This document shows positions 1 through 13,660 of a stretch of 64,000 bases of DNA, piece by piece; position 1 is the first letter of the stretch; the number at the start of each line of letters is the position of its first letter. Location of the stretch: the NCBI RefSeq assembly GCF_009914755.1, contig NC_060938.1; one strand, written 5' to 3'. Origin of the DNA: the human T2T-CHM13v2.0 reference genome, Homo sapiens. The translations under genes were made by a program, and so were the position numbers. Below the pieces are notes generated by a model, which was given only the letters and a program-made list of their open reading frames with translations, did not search any database and was not told where the DNA came from.

Positions 1-159
1 CCAGCTACTCAGGAGGCTGAGGCACGAGAATCACTTGAAGCCAGGAGGCAAAGGCTGCCGTGACCCAAGATTGTGCCACTCCCACTGCACTCCAGCCTGG
101 GCAACAGAGTGAGACTCTGTCTCGGAAAAAATAAATAAATAAATAAATAAAAATAAAAA
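1..159 (+). mobile_element. Alu right arm and (AAAT)n tail, cut by the window edge
   Basis: ccagctactcaggaggctgaggc...cactccagcctgggcaacagagtgagactctgtctc then A-rich tail. Confidence 0.95.
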
Positions 160-2423
160 TTACATGTAAACGGAGTCTGACTTTACCCACGCAGCACCTG
201 GGAGCCACGCTTGACTGAATCAGACCCCTCTTGCCTTTAGGAGAAGTGTTTGATAGTGTTTGATAGTGTGAGATGACCTTGCACCTTCAGCAGGACTATG
301 GCATTCTCAGCAGGGGTGGGCCCCAGGCACGTGGACTGAGGAGATCTGGGCCCTGGCTGTTTCCTGGCTGGCCCTAGCTGCTGCTGCTGTTGCCTCCCAA
401 GGCCAGAGCCATTTTTGAAGGTGACTCCAGGGCACCTTTAAACTTATTAGCAGGCTCTTGGGTTAACTTGGAAGCATCTGTGGCAACAACAAGCAAGTAA
501 ACCATGTGAACTTTGGGCTTGTGTTGCAGGCCCTTACCAGAAGCCCACCGTGCGTGTCATCATTTCTCAGCCCTCTGCTGTCTTGGCTTCTGGCTAAGAC
601 AATAAACATAAGCCCCAGGTGTTTCTAGTTTACAAAGCATTTCCTCATATTTTGTTCCTTTTGAGCCTCAACAGAGTCTACGGAGATAGTCAAAGCAAGT
701 AACAGCCCCATTTTACAAATGAGGAAACAGGGGCAGAGATGAAGTAAGTGACTTCCTCAAGGTCAGAGCTGTGGCTTGAGGGCAGTTTTCTTCCTCATTG
801 GAGGAACTTACGGACAGGAAGTGAGTGTCCACGACATCACATTCAGTAGGGCAGTCACCCAGCTGTTGATATTCTAGGTTTACAGAGGTGGGAGAGGCTG
901 CCCTTTTGGGGCTGACGGTCGAGCTGAGGCCTCCTGCTACCACCAGGTGTTGGGGCAGCAGCACTAGTTCCCAAGAAATAAAATCAGAACGGTGACTCTC
1001 CTTACCTGTGTTTTGAAGAGGAAAGCCGGCTATTGGGGTAAGAGATGGATTACAGCAAGAGAAGGGTAGAAGCGGTGAAGAATTCTGTGGCCTTAGAGCC
1101 TTTTTCAGATGTGGAAACAGAAGGCAGAGAGCCTTCATGACCAGCTCCCTGGCTGGTGGCGGAGGTGGGACTGAGTCATTGAGGCCCTCTCCTCTGTCTC
1201 AGCTCTAAGTTCAGATGTGATATTCCTTGTGAGGATGGCCGAGTGCTAGTTTTGAACTTGATGCTTAGTTCTAGGTTCCTCTTCAGTGATAATTTTTTTT
1301 AATTAGGAGGAGTAGTCACTAACATGCCAAAGGAATACTGAAGTGAAATGGATTCTTTTTGTTTAAACAAAGTTTTAGCCTCAGTATTTCTCTAGGGATA
1401 ATGAATACCTAGTGAAACTTTTTTTTTTTTTTTTTTTTTTTTTGCTTGGTGTACTAAAGCCACAATCCAAGGACAAGTCTTGTTTTTTTAAATTCTATAT
1501 TCAAGGCAGATTATTTCTTAAAATGATTAGATTTATACTGTGGCCCTTTCTCCACAGTAGCTGGGTTCTCCCATTCTGGGCAATACTTTGGAGATTTAGG
1601 GGTTAGCTTTCCTCTGTTTTATTTCTGAAGCAGTAACCCTTGGCCTAGCCTTACATATAAACACCCCACTGACTACCTTCTATTTATCTTTTCTTTGCAA
1701 AGCCCTCATTTCCATCACCCCGTCTGTTCTGCACCTGTCCCGTCTTAGGCTTCAGGATGGAATTGGTTCCTCGACTCAGGTAGCTGCTTAAGCAGTAAGG
1801 GAGGAGCCAGCTATTCCTGCAAAGCAAAACCAAAAACAAACAAAAAACCTAAAACTGATCAGGAACTCATACATGTACATCTTGTCTGCTCCATTTCCAT
1901 ACCGGCTCCTCCCCACAGTATTCATGATTTTGGCAGACCTTTGCTACCTGCCTGTCAGATGCCAGGCCTTGTGCTGGCTATTGAAGATTCCGAGTTGAGT
2001 AATTCACTGTCCCTGCCTTCAAGGAAGTCTCAGCCTGGTGTGGTGAGACAGATAAACAAATAGATACAATAACCTGTTAAAGGTACAGTCATAGCAGGGT
2101 AAGAAGGGGTCATTTCTACGTTGGAGGTGGGTGTGGTGTGAAGTGTCAGGAAAGAATTCCTCTAGATGACCCTTGTGCTGAGCCCCTAAAATGACTCTAT
2201 TCCTGGTAGAGGGAGCAATTAGGTTTTTGGGATTTGTTTTAATGGCAGTTTGTTGAGAGAGGAGACAAGTGGTCTATAGGAAGGCCTTGCTACATTAACT
2301 TAACATTTTGTTTGAATAGATAATACATGTACAAAGTACAACACTCAATATAGTAAAAGGGAATATATGCAGTTAAAAATTTTTTTTCTCCTTCCCCGTT
2401 AACCACTCAGTTCCCCTCCCTGA

Positions 2424-2765
<342 letters not shown>

Positions 2766-3189
2766 AGTTACCAATTTCTTATGCTTTATTCCAGGTGAGT
2801 TTTTCCGTGCTTATAGGGGTGTGTGTGTGTGTCTGTCTTTCAAAAATACATGCATATACCCAGGTTATTTTTTTCACATACTAATTTTAGAAGTCATTCC
2901 ATATTAGCACAGGTTGAATTGCCCTGTTCTTTTTAAACCTCTGTACGGTATTCCATTATATTGGGTGTACTATAACTTATTTAAGTATACTCCCCTTTCA
3001 TGAACTTTTAGGTTACTTCAGTCTTTTGCCTTTACAAACAATACATGAATATCTTTCATATATGTCATTGCACATGTGATTTCTTAGGGCACATTCTAGA
3101 ACTGATAAGTCAGAGTATATGTGCATTTTTTTGGAATAGTTATTAACAAGTTGCTCTCCGAAGGATTCTATATTGATTATAAAATGCTA

Positions 3190-3495
3190 GCCAGGCAGAG
3201 TGGCTCATCCCTCTAATTTCAGCCCTTTGGGAGGCTGAGTTAGGAGTATCACTTGAGGCCAGAAGTTTGAGAGCAGCCTGGGCGACATAGTGAGACATCC
3301 TCTCTCTTTAAAAGAAAAAAAAAAAAAGTTAGGTGTGGTGGCGTGCTCCTATAGTCCCAGCTGCTTGGGATGCTGAAGCAGAAGGATTGCTTGAGCCCAG
3401 AGGTTCAGGTGAGCTGTGCTCACACCACTGCATTCCAGCCTGGATGACAGAGTGAGACCCTGTCTTTTAAAAAACAACCAAAAAACGCCAAAAAA
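3190..3495 (+). mobile_element. AluJ-type element
   Basis: Diverged dimeric Alu with A-rich linker and tail. Confidence 0.88.
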
Positions 3496-3740
3496 CTAAA
3501 TTTAAGATTCTTTACCATTTGGCCGGCCCCACTGCTCTTCCCTTGCCTGTCCCCTCACACCCCACCAAAATCCTCTAAAATCCCTGCCAGTATGATCTTC
3601 CTAAATGAGTTTAGTCTTATAATTTCCCTGTTTAGAATCCTTGTAAGGGTAAAGTTTAAACCCCTCTGCTTAGCCCCTGCCTCCAGCCTCTGCCAGGAGT
3701 AATGTGCTCCCATAGTACTCTGATCCACTTGTATTTGGTG

Positions 3741-3880
3741 CTTCCTTTTTTTTTTCTTTTCCTTCCTTCCTCCTTTCCTTTCCCTTCCTCTTCCTCTTCC
3801 TCCATTCTTCCCTCCCTCCGTCTTCCTCCATTCTTCCCTCCCTCCCTATTCCTCCATTCTTCCCTCCCTCCCTCCCTCTC
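3741..3880. repeat. CT-rich (polypyrimidine/polypurine) low-complexity tract
   Basis: About 140 nt of almost pure C/T: cttcc, ccctcc and ctccattcttccctccctcc units. Confidence 0.9.
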
Positions 3881-4279
3881 ACATCCTTTAGGACTCAGCA
3901 TCACCTCCTCTAGGCAGTCTTTCCTGACTACCACCACTTATGCACAAAACACCTAAGCACTACCTTATGTGGCCTCATTTATTCACTGCTTAAATATTTT
4001 TTATACACGTGCTGTGATGTGGCACATGCAGGTGTCATTCTTGATGATCCACTGGTTATTGCCTTGAGGGGATGACAACTGCCCGGTAGGGTTACCTGGT
4101 GTGACTGCACCTAAAACAGCAATACCAAAGGGCCCATTGCCAGTTCTGTCACTGACCAGCTGGGGCCTCTGAGTATATCCCTTAACCACTTTGGACCTTA
4201 ATTTGGCATCTGTCAAATGAGATGGTGGAACTTGAGGAACTCTAAGGCCCCTACTGTGCAGGTCTTATTAATGATTACA

Positions 4280-4505
4280 ACAGCAGCAGCAGCCAGTGTT
4301 TACTGAGGACTTACAAAGCACCAAGCACTTTGCCAGGCACTTTGTCTATCCTAATCCTTACATCAACTCTACGAAGTTAGTATGGTTACTATCCCTATTT
4401 TACAGATGAGGAGACTAAGGCTAAGAGAGGTTATATGACTTGACCACAAGGTCATAATAAAGAAACAGATTTGAATCCAGGCATTCTGACTTTACTGTTC
4501 TTAGC
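4280..4505 (-). mobile_element. MIR SINE
   Basis: Core attttacagatgaggagactaaggctaagagaggtta...gatttgaatccaggcattctgac. Confidence 0.75.
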
Positions 4506-4847
4506 CACATAAATGGGCACACATTCGACACACAGTTTTGTGTACTGTTTGGTGGTCACTCACAGACTCCATCCCAGACCTCTGCATGAACCATCCCTGT
4601 TCTACAGTTTTAAAGGCTCAAACTGGAGTCTGGGTGAAACCTGGGGACAGAAGACTGCTATAGTCACAATTATTAGAGGGAAATGGGTGAGGACCAGTGG
4701 CCAGCTCTGTTCATGAACCTTTGACAATTCTCACAGAGAGTCTTGCTTTGGACAGAGACAACTTACGTTGCTGTTTTCAGTTACCCTCTTTAGGAGGGGA
4801 GAGTAGGCCTGAGTCATGCTTCAGACACAGATTAAAATCAGATTTGG

Positions 4848-5140
4848 TACCAGGTGCAGTGGCTCACGCCTGTAATCCCAGCACTTTGGGAGGCTGAGAT
4901 GGCGGATCACTTGAGGTCAGGAGTTTGAGACCAGCCTGGCCAACATGGTGAAACCCCATCTCTACTAAAAATACAAAAATTAGCTGGGTGTGGTGGCGGG
5001 CACCTGTAATTCCAGCTGCTTGGGAGGCTGAGGCAGGAGAATCACTTCAACCCGGGAGGTGGAGGTTGCAGTGAGCCAAGATTGTGCCATTGCACTCTAG
5101 CCTGGGCAACAGAGCAAGACTGTGTCTCAAAAAAAAAAAC
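4848..5140 (+). mobile_element. AluS-type element
   Basis: Full dimer. TSD aaaatcagat(t/c)tgg on both sides. Confidence 0.93.
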
Positions 5141-6187
5141 AAAATCAGATCTGGGTAGTATCCCTGGCAGAGTCCCAGGGGCATCCTTTATTAGGGTTAT
5201 AGATGGCAGACTCCCTAATCTATGCATATAAAGCCTTATTAATGGAGAAGGGGGTGTGTGTGTGTAACTTAAAAAAAAGAAGTGTAATATTATATGGAAT
5301 ACCTGTTGTAAACTAAAATAACTGGCAAATGAAATTAAATAAGTTAACTGAAATATAATAGGCCCACACCATAATGTATTGTAATGTATCGTCAACCCAT
5401 TTACCTCCCTAAAGGCTTATAGAAAAGAATCTTTAAAGTCTTGAGCTCTGATACACACACTCTTTCTCACTCTCTCTCTGTCTCTCTACTGGTTCCTATT
5501 TTTCTGAAGTCTTTGTCTGAACTAGAGTGGGTGGGTGGTAGGGCTAGTTAGCAATTGCAGCCCATTCTCCATGCCTCCCCCCGTCTCATCTTTTTCAGGG
5601 ACAGCCAACATAATGTGGTCACAGGTGTGTTGGGTGAGCCTTGATTAATGAGATTCACGGCTGTCGAGTCAGGTCCTCCGGCTCATCAGCCTTTGGCAGT
5701 TTAGCAAGCAGGCTGGGGCCCTCAGCTCCCACTGCTGCATTCCTTCTCTAGGCGGTGTATTCTCTCTTTACGACACGTGTTCTCTCTCTTTTTTTCCTTT
5801 TGGTTAGTTGAACTTGTTCTGAGTCCAAGTGGCAAAGGCAAAGCCTGACTTGGGTGTAGCAGCTCTGTGTCAATAGCCGTCTCTCTGCTGGAGCCTCCAG
5901 GCAGGCGGTGGGGCAGAGCTGGGCAGTTTCTGAAAGCCCTGCTGTGCCTGACTGCCATCCAGGTGAGACAGAGCTCACCTCCTGGCTTCTGCACGCTGCA
6001 GGCCTTGTTTCCCCAGGGAGGAGTTGAAAAGCCACTTCTGTGCTTGCCTCTCCTGGCAGCAGGGATTCGAATAGTTGCTAGAATTCTCTCAACTTTGTGT
6101 GTGATTATGGCTTCCTTACCAAAGTGGCTGCTTTTAACTAACTTATGGCTGAAGTTTTCACTTTATGTCCTTGTTTGTTTGTTACAG

Positions 6188-6267
6188 GTGAATCAGCTCC
6201 CGGCCGACTTTAGGATTCTTCTGGATTTTAAATTTTTTCTTTTTAAAAAAACTTGGACGGATAAAAG
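6188..6267 (+). other. SUSD6: 5' UTR part of the first coding exon of SUSD6 (whole exon 6188-6388, 201 nt)
   Basis: Acceptor ttgtttgtttgttacAG|G at 6187/6188. In-frame TAG at 6211-6213 lies upstream of the ATG. The exon begins with an acceptor, so an upstream non-coding exon is implied, and none is evident in the window. Confidence 0.85.
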
Positions 6268-6388
6268 ATGTGCCATGGCAGGATAGCACCAAAGAGCACC
6301 TCAGTGTTTGCCGTGGCCTCCGTGGGACATGGAGTGTTCCTTCCGCTAGTGATCCTTTGCACCCTGCTTGGAGACGGACTTGCTTCCG
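6268..6388 (+). CDS. SUSD6: SUSD6 coding exon 1: start codon and signal peptide (MCHGRIAPKSTSVFAVASVGHGVFLPLVILCTLLGDGLAS)
   Basis: ATG at 6268 (aagATGt), hydrophobic stretch VFLPLVILCTLLG, donor CCG|gtaagt at 6388/6389, phase 1. Too short for the ORF track, translated by hand. Confidence 0.93.
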
Positions 6389-6679
6389 GTAAGTCCTGAC
6401 CTGCCTTCTGTGTGTGGGTGGGAAAATATTTAATACCATTGTTTCTCTCGAAGACTAGGACAGGGGACTCTCCTCCTGGCAGGCGGTTTCAGGGAGAGCA
6501 GAGGGTGGAGGGCTTTTGTGGTAAATATAGCAGGGAGCCAGTCCTTCTGAGGTCTAATGAGTCACCTGGAGGAGGGGCGTGTGGGAGCCTGCTGGTGGTA
6601 ACCTTGTCACCCCTCTCCCCCAGCCATAATCATCATCAGGAGGACAGAGGTGTAAGGTTCAGAGCACAATATGCAGGTT

Positions 6680-6870
6680 AAGGGGACAGACTTTGGAATC
6701 AGACTGCCTGTGTTCAGTGCCCATTCTCACTACTTGCCTGCCCTGTGACTCTGAACAAGTTATTTTACTGCTGCAAGGCTCTGTTTCCTCAGCTGCAGAA
6801 TGGGATAATAATAATACCTACCTCACTGGGTGGTTGTGAAGATTGAGGTAATAAAATAAGTATGTAATGA
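6680..6870 (+). mobile_element. MIR SINE
   Basis: cagactttggaatcagactgcctg...ctgtgact..aacaagtta..ctctgtttcctca..aatgggataataata..gttgtgaagatt. Confidence 0.75.
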
Positions 6871-7135
6871 TTGTTAGCTGTCTTTTGTTTGTTCGTCTTT
6901 CTGCGCTTTTTCTCAGAATGAGTGGGTAGTTGAAGTATTGTAATTTAGTGAAAATAAGACCCGGTCACTGACACTACAAATGTTGTGATCTTGGGCAAGC
7001 GACTTAACCATTCTAGGGCTCAGTTTTTCCCTCCATCAGATGAATGGGTTTACCTGGAATAACATTTAAAGTCACTTCTTTGCCCCTCAGTAAATGCTTT
7101 GATGATTCTAAGGACTTTGTGGTTGAAGATGGTGA

Positions 7136-7554
<419 letters not shown>

Positions 7555-8306
7555 TAGGCAGTCTTTGTGTGATCTTCTAGACAAAATGTCCTTAAAGGAC
7601 ATGTTTGGGTGTGTACGGTAGGCCTCTGGGTGGTGTGCCACAACCTACCTCTGTGTCTACACTCCAGAATCATCATTGAACTCACCAATACTGGTGTTCC
7701 TACTGGACTTTGTTAGAAACACATACATGGCAGTTTCCTTGTCCAGTGCTTCCTGGAGAGGGATCTCAGAACTAGATCCTGGAAGGGGACTTTGGTGGGG
7801 ACAGTAGGGGAGTGGTATATTGTGGCTGTAGAGCCTCCATAGTTTAGTGCTACTTCTTTCATTCTCTATCAGCTCCCACCACCCACTTATCCAACATAAA
7901 CAGATAATGGCACAGTCTCAGCTAATCTTTTTTTTCTTTTCTTTTCTGAATTGTTGGAAGAAACAATTACAGATTTTTTTGTTCATTGTAGCCTTCTCCA
8001 CTACCAACATATAGATGTGCCTTTCCTTCCACCCTATTCTGACACTTAACCCAAGCCTTTTCCCCCTAGGCATGAGGAGCCCCTGGCACAGCCCAGGGGG
8101 CCATGATGATTGGGACCCCACAATGTGGCCATCATGGTTATATGAGGTTTCAAAGGAAGAGAAGACCAGGCTATACCAATGTGCAACAAAATGAAGCAGA
8201 GCCTCCTTTCATAGGGTCACCCCAAAACCAGAGGAGGCCTCTAGAAGTGCTAGTTGCAGAACCACAGAGTGTGGTTGACTCTCTTATTCACCACTGTGTC
8301 TTTAGA

Positions 8307-8590
8307 GCAGAAGTTGGCAAACTGGCCCACAGGCCAAATCCTACCTGCCATCTGCTTTTGTAGAACCTTCCAGTTAACTGTTTATATTTTTAAATGGTTG
8401 GAAAAATCAGAAAGATATTTCATGACATGTAAAAATGTATATGAAACTTAAATTTCAATGTCTATAAAGTTTTATTGGAACACAGCAGTGCTCATTCATG
8501 TATATATTGTCTATGGCTGCTTTTGTGCTGCAGTGGCAGAGTTGAGTCGTTATGACAAAGACCATGTGGCCTGAAAAGCCTAAAATGTTG
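8307..8590 (+). mobile_element. MER58-like hAT-Charlie DNA transposon
   Basis: cagaagttggcaaactggcccacaggccaaatcc...ataaagttttattggaacacagc...tattgtctatggctgctttt...gcagagttgagt...gaaaagcctaaaat. Confidence 0.75.
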
Positions 8591-9467
8591 AGGCTTTAAA
8601 ATATTTGGGTCTTTGTAAAAGAGGTTCTTCCCCAGCCCAGAACAAATGGTGCTCAATAAGTATGCATGTGAATGGAATGACTGTCAGAGCAGGAAGGAAG
8701 GAAGGCCTAGTCAAAACCAGCTTGGGCTTCAGAGAACTGTGCACTTGCTGCCCAGAATCTCACAGCTAATGGTAGGGCCAGGACCTAGCCTGGTGCCTGG
8801 CATACCACTGTGACCTGCCTCTTCCAAGGCTCCTCTAAGGAAACTGCCCTGGCGTGTGGTGTTAGTGGCATAATGTCTGCCTTAAGCCTCTCTAGTGTCA
8901 TTAAGCTATCCTATTTACCCCTAACCTCCCTTTTGTTGGCTTCATCCCTCCCATTCCCCACCTCATTTTCCAACTACCCACACCTTCCCAGCTTCCCACT
9001 CAAGATCCGAAATCCATTATCAGGTTCCATACTGGCTGGATAAAGGGATTATTATTTTCCACTGTGGAAAAATGTGTCTGTTTATAGTGTGGGCTCAGAC
9101 CAGGATGGGAAAGTTGGCTCTGTTGTTTTCTTTCCCCTCCCCCACCTGAAAGAATGCTCCTTCCCTGCCACCCCAACCTCCAAGTCTTTTCTACTCCCCA
9201 TAAAACATGTGTACTGGCAGGGGAAAGGGGTTCACCTTTGCTTAGATCCTGTGTACTAAGTTGCTACCAATGTTTTTCCCTTTCTTTGGAGTAGCTTCTA
9301 GGGGAGTAGGTGCCCTTTCTAGGCCTGAAACCCAAAGCACACCTGTATGGCCGTGCCTGGCATAAGCAGCATGCCAAGCAGGCTTGTCCAGAAACCAGGA
9401 TCTCAGATACTCTGAAGCCGAGGAAAGGCAGTTTAATTCAGGAAAAGCCTCTTTTCCTCTTCTTGTG

Positions 9468-9758
9468 TTTCTTTTTTCTTTTTATTTGTTTTAGAGATGA
9501 GGTCTTACTCTGTTGCCAGGCTGGAGTGCAGTGGTACAATCATAGCTCACTGCAGCCTTGACCTCCCAGGCTGAAGCAGTCCTCCCATCTCAGCCTCCTG
9601 AGTAGCTGGGACCATAGGCATGCACCACCATGCCCAGTTAATTAAAAAAAAATTTTTTATGTTGCCCAGGCTGATCTCGAACTCCTGGGCTGAAGTGATC
9701 CTCTCCCCTCTACCTTCCAAAGTGCTGGGATTATAGGTGTGAACCACTGCGCCTGGCC
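9468..9758 (-). mobile_element. AluJ-type element
   Basis: Reverse Alu with AluJ-style atcatagctcactgcagccttgacctccc. Confidence 0.88.
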
Positions 9759-11579
9759 TCCTTCTTGCATTTCTTACCTGTTCTTATAGCTGCTCCTGAA
9801 CACCCACTTCAGAGACATTTTTAAGTGGGTGCTTGTAAAATATACAGCCTTGCTATCCAGTGGGCTGTAGTAGACCCTGGCTATATGCGTGTGTACAGGC
9901 ACATTCATGACTCTGAGAATACCACTAGACATAGGTAACTGGGCATCCTCTGGAGACAATTTGTCTGCATCGTCTCTGGTCGTAGATACCACAGTCATCA
10001 TAATCTGTATCATCTCATCATCAAATATCACAGTTTTGATCACAGTCTAAGGTAGGAAGAATCAGGTACTTGAGAGTTCTGGAGTAAAATTACATCATGT
10101 TTAAAGTTCAGTTTCCATACTGGTTTCTCTCATCTACAGCTCGAGATTTGCAGTTATAGCAGAAAAGGTGTTAGAGAGGCATTGGGTCCAGCTTTCCTTT
10201 GGTCATTCCTTTAAATGGGGAGAATTATTGATAAGTTTCCTTTTTAAGAGTGGCAAAAGGAGGCGTATCTTATTCTTCACACCTAGTCACACCATGCAGT
10301 GGATAGACCAGAATTAAAAATAAAATCTATGCACATGCTATCCAATTTGCCTTTCTTGGACTAGGCGGAATTAAGATCTTTTCTCTGTAGCAGCCTTTCT
10401 CAGGTCTCCAAGTCTTTCATTTTACCTGTAGTCTTAAGAAACTTGCTGTATGACCTGAGGCAAATCACATGACCTCTTTGTGTCTTTTGCAAAACAGAAA
10501 CAATAATCCTTAAGAATGTTAAGTTGGTGTTGTGTAGACTAATAAAAATGATTGGAAGGCAGGCACTTGGCATATAAAATGAAGTGTGTGATGTAATTCC
10601 CAAATAACAACAACAGAATTGGTATGTGACCTACTGTTGAGTTACAAGGTGCAGTAGACTTTTTATGCAGTTGATATTCTTTGCTGTCATTGAAACACAA
10701 AACTTAAGGTGCAAAGTACTGTTTGAGTTGGGGATAAGAGATTTTTGGAGCAGTTATCAAATTTGACCAGTAAGGAGGGATTAATTTACTTCAGGAATCC
10801 CCATTGCTTTCCAGAAAGCTCATGTTTGCATAGTTTGATCTTAATCCAACTGGCTTGCTGACTCATAAAAAGTTTTTGTTTGCATTCTCTTTCTTTCCTG
10901 AGCTTATTTACTAAACAAACTCAGTATTTTACTTGTTTCTGATTTTTTTCCCCTTAAAATGTTGCCATGACATGTTAGGCCGTGTTAAACATCACACAAT
11001 CACCTAAAACAATTTTAGAATAGCAGGGAAAACAGCCATCTGCATTTCTACATGACAGAAAGCCAGGCAGTTAGTTTTCATTGAAAATGGAAAGTGTTGA
11101 GAACTAGGTTCTCTGGGAGATGACTTGGCTTTAGCCTGTAGCAGAGAGATGTTGGCAGGTGGCCCTGGCTCACCTCATCTTGGAAGGACCCTCGAGTCAG
11201 AGAGAATGTACACTGAGTTGAGAGGAGAAAACAAATGGGAAACTAATGTGTATAGAGCATCACTTATGTGTCAGGCTCTGTTATCGTTCCATATAAAGCT
11301 CTCAGAACACCCCAGCTAGGCAGTTGTGCAACCATTTTATAAAGGAGAAACTGAACCAGAGACAGGTTCAATAACTTGTTCAGAAACTGATGATTTTAAG
11401 TGGTGAGGCTGGCTGGGATTTGTGCTCAGTATGTCTGACTCTTGCCTATGGTCTTTTCTGGGAGCCACGCTACCTGTGCTGAGTGACAGGCTTCACTGAG
11501 ACCTGTTTTTTGTATTTCCTGTTTGAAGTGCTCAGATCAGCCTCCAGAAAATTATTCTGATGGAGGAAGAAAGAGATGA

Positions 11580-11954
<375 letters not shown>

Positions 11955-12922
11955 CTCTGTGGTTGTTTCTGTTCTCATCTACAGTGGCTCTTGGTTGTTT
12001 GGTTCCAGTTTAGGCACAAGGTTTGCCATGGTGGTTCTATTCTTGGAAAGGAACAATAGGGACGTAGTAAATAGTTTGCTAAATGAGGATATAGTTCCCA
12101 AAACATCCGCAAAGCATCTTCCTGTCAGCTGCAAACCCTGTTGATGAAAGTGATGTAATCTCTCCATGGTGTAATTACCTGTGACTATAAAAAAAACTTA
12201 GAGATTATGGTAGGAGGCTGGATGGGTCATTATAGTTCTCGATGAACCCTAGTGTCATGAAAAGGCATTGAGAAATTACCCTCTGCACACTAATTGTTGT
12301 GCCATGTTTAAAACATTGACAACACATGGTACCACCCTCGCACTGTAACTTTCTAATAAAAGAAACCCAGAGTCCACGTAACTGGGTCCCTATTGGGTTA
12401 AAGTCCTCATTAAACACAGATTCCATCTGCTGAGCAATGGTGCCCCACTACCCTGCTAACTTGCCAGCTTAGAGGTTATTCTTCTTACCTACCCGACTTT
12501 CTGCAAAAGAGAGGCACAGGATGCTAATAAAACAAAAATTAGGGTTAACACTCAGTCTTCAATGATTCTAGGTAGGTTTCCAGATGAACACCTCTCACCA
12601 CTTCTTACCCACTGGAAGAGTGCAGTGCATCACTTGGGAGTGGGAGCCTGCAGAGGGTGTGAGGAGCCCTTCCAGGTGGCCTGTGCTGGTGTGCCTGGCT
12701 GCCTGGACTGGGATCAGATCAGGAGAGACCTTGGCCTGCCTCAGATTTAGCTTTGGGGCCCAGAGGGACAGAAACATTTAGAGATAACGTTTCCATGGTG
12801 CAATGTGAATGAGGAGTTCCCTGGCTGCTGACTTCTTTCCAGCCCTGTTCATCGACCTCATCTTCAGCTAATTTAACACATGAAAATCCGAATTCACTGA
12901 AAGATGAGGGTGTGACTATAAC

Positions 12923-13226
12923 TTTTTTTTTCTGAGACAGGGTTTCACTCAGTTGCCCAGGTTGGAGTGCAGTGGCTCTGTCACAGCTCACCGCAACTTC
13001 TGCCTCCTGGGTTAAAGTGATCCTCCCGCCTCACCACCTTAGCCTCCTGAGTAGCTGGGACTATAGGCATGCATCACCACACCTGGCTAGTTTTTTAAAA
13101 ATATTTTTGTAGAGATGGGTTTTGCTGGGTTTGCCCAGGCTGGTCTTGAACTCCTGGGCTCAAACGATCCACCCGCCTTGGCCTCCCAAAGTGCTGGGAT
13201 TACAGGCATTAGCCACTGCACCTGAC
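12923..13226 (-). mobile_element. AluJ-type element
   Basis: Reverse Alu. TSD tgactataacttttt. Confidence 0.9.
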
Positions 13227-13439
13227 TGACTATAACTTTTTAAGAACAGGATTGTCCCTAGGATTTCTTCACATAGCTGTCTCTTATGAGGTGGAGTGGG
13301 ATTCAATTCATGTACACCTCAAAATAGTAAATACCACCTGCAGCTCTCATGGAGCCACTGAGATCATGAGTATAACTGAGTATTATATCTAGGTACCATT
13401 ATGCTTCAACTCTTCACCTTGTTTTTTGGAATGACTGCA

Positions 13440-13660
13440 TAGTCTGATGAAAAGCATGTACTCTGGAGTCAGATTGTCTGGGTTGAATACTGCTTGCATT
13501 CCTTGCTGCTTGTGTTGCCTTGGATAATTTTTGTGACTTCACTGTCTGTATTTCACCAGAATGGGGATGATAATGTCTGCTTTATAAGATTGTAGTGAGG
13601 ATCAAATAAGATAGTATATGTAAGGCATTTGGAACATTGCTCGGTACACAAATAAATATT
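13440..13660 (+). mobile_element. MIR SINE
   Basis: actctggagtcagattgtctgggttgaat...aatggggatgataat...gattgtagtgaggatcaaat..gatagtatatgtaa. Confidence 0.7.

Noticed and set aside
246-270. Short tandem duplications (gtgtttgata x2; also tactgtgttaaa x2 near 29560 and cctttatccc x2 near 36760)
   Set aside because: Ordinary slippage micro-duplications with no higher-order structure.
3656-3956. E/G/R/K-rich and S/P/F-rich ORFs
   Set aside because: Translations of the CT-rich low-complexity tract.
5867-6286. 139-aa ORF overlapping the first coding exon
   Set aside because: It starts at a non-ATG codon in the intron, crosses the acceptor and is out of frame with SUSD6. Only its last three codons (MAG) matter, as a decoy micro-ORF.
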